DNA of 64,000 nt from Histomonas meleagridis 2922-C6/04-290x (taxonomy: Eukaryota > Protista > Parabasalia), in assembly GCA_020184695.1 (NCBI GenBank), contig JAANOX010000144.1, positions 186,001 through 250,000 of the forward strand, in the 5' to 3' direction. Below, in pieces: positions 62,675 to 64,000 of the stretch. Under the pieces are notes generated by a model. The model was not told where the DNA came from. It worked only from the letters and a program-made list of their open reading frames with translations, and did no database searches. Both the position numbers and the translations under genes were made by a program. The stretch's first letter is position 1. Every line of letters begins with the position of its first letter.

Positions 62675-64000
62675 ATGTGCGATGTCAACATTTCTGGGCC
62701 CCGCGACGTTATAAAGGAATTTCACAAAATAAAAGAAGCTCACTCGATTTCTATTTCTCGATGTTCTCTTTTGGAAATACCTATTTGGATACGTTCTCTT
62801 GAAAATTTAAACATACTCGATCTATCATCAAATTCATTTGAATCACTTGACCCACTATGGGAGTCCAACTTGCCATCTTTGCATGAATTGAATTTATCAG
62901 CATGTTGGCTTCGAAAACTTCCTTTTGGAATTCCAACGTTTGCTAATTCACTTGAAACATTGATTCTTGATGGGAATTATCTCGGTGAATCCTTTCCAAA
63001 TTTTTCTGTTTTTCACAAATTGAAAACACTTTCTATCATTGGAAATGATTTTATGAACATTCCAATTCTGCCCAAAAATTTACAAAAGTTAATGTTTAGA
63101 TTAAACACATTTTCTACAATTCCCGACTGTACCATTTCAGTCATTGATGCAAGTTATTGCAAAATACGCGGAAAATTAACAATAAATGCACATCAAATCA
63201 CATCTTTGGACTTATCCCATTGCGGTTTGTTTGGACATATTTCGTTCCCTCCGTTACCACTTCTTGACTCATTAAATCTTTCGAACAACTCAATCTCGAG
63301 CATATCATTTGAATCCTCAAGACGACTTACAATGCTTAATCTTTCGTACAATGCCATCTCTGAGTTCCCCTCCTTTCTTTTTAGGTTTCCTATGCTTCGG
63401 CATCTTGAAATTTCACATAATGTAATTCCTGGAATTCCACGAGATCTATCACCTTTGAAGCGTCTTGAGATCCTTGATATATCTCATAACCAACTTATAA
63501 CACCACGTCTCTTATTACCGATTAAACTTCAAACGTTGATTGCGTCATTCAATTATTCCATGGCTTTTGAAGCTTTTCCTTCTTCACTTAAGCACATTGA
63601 TGTCTCCTTTTGTTCCACTGTTGTTATCCCGCCTATATCCCCTTCCATTGAATGGATTGCGGTGTTTTTTGTTTCTGCAATTTACATAAACGAAAAGATG
63701 AAACCGTTAAACGATGAAACTCATCAAAAAACCGCCGATGGAATGCAAAGTGATCTCGAGACTGCTCTTGCTCCAGCATCACTGTTTCGGCCATCGCGTG
63801 TATTTCGTACCAACACCAATTTCCTTAACATCCCCACTCTTATCAATGATAAGTTAAGTGATCATATTGGATGCTCAGCTACATCAGGACATTCGACAAA
63901 GTATGAAGATAACTTCATGAGCATTACCATTGATGATATATCTTATATTGGTGTATTTGATGGTCATGCAGGTCATGAATCTGCATATATTAGTGCCGAA
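62675..64000 (+). CDS. LRR plus PP2C phosphatase protein (partial; not in ORF track; runs off window)
   Basis: Frame open from ATG 62675 to the end. LRRs include LENLNILDLSSNSF, LHELNLSAC, LDSLNLSNNSI and LEILDISHNQL. PP2C start: IGCSATSGHSTKYEDNF...IGVFDGHAGHESA. The true start may lie further upstream. Confidence 0.8.
   Translation, partial: MCDVNISGPRDVIKEFHKIKEAHSISISRCSLLEIPIWIRSLENLNILDLSSNSFESLDPLWESNLPSLHELNLSACWLRKLPFGIPTFANSLETLILDGNYLGESFPNFSVFHKLKTLSIIGNDFMNIPILPKNLQKLMFRLNTFSTIPDCTISVIDASYCKIRGKLTINAHQITSLDLSHCGLFGHISFPPLPLLDSLNLSNNSISSISFESSRRLTMLNLSYNAISEFPSFLFRFPMLRHLEISHNVIPGIPRDLSPLKRLEILDISHNQLITPRLLLPIKLQTLIASFNYSMAFEAFPSSLKHIDVSFCSTVVIPPISPSIEWIAVFFVSAIYINEKMKPLNDETHQKTADGMQSDLETALAPASLFRPSRVFRTNTNFLNIPTLINDKLSDHIGCSATSGHSTKYEDNFMSITIDDISYIGVFDGHAGHESAYISAE

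Overview
AT-rich, gene-dense eukaryotic DNA, most likely from a parabasalid protist (Trichomonas/Tritrichomonas-like). This is an inference from the trichomonad-type histone H3 C-terminus, TCA(Y)T initiator elements just before ATGs, BspA-like LRR surface proteins, DUF3447-type ankyrin genes, several Rab/Ras genes, a Myb gene and mostly intronless CDSs. It holds about 30 protein genes, including H3, H2A, GTP-type PEPCK, Hsp70, a VAMP7-like SNARE, a nucleotide-sugar transporter, and bacterial-looking ThiI and cupin genes. There are two complete DNA transposons, both inserted in one ankyrin gene: a Merlin/IS1595-type element with about 251-bp TIRs and an 8-bp TSD, and a pogo-like element with 38-bp TIRs and a TA TSD. 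The most striking unexplained signal is in two paralogous ankyrin genes. Every 90-nt ankyrin module is separated from the next by a frame-breaking AT-rich spacer, and 12 of 13 spacers are exactly 80 nt (170-bp period) despite clear sequence divergence. The spacers lack consistent GT-AG ends and the trichomonad branch motif, which suggests non-canonical splicing, ribosomal bypassing or DNA cassette assembly. Single-base frameshifts in several ordinary genes (PEPCK, Ras, BspA copy 2, Hsp70 start) suggest indel errors in the assembly, so pseudogene calls are tentative.
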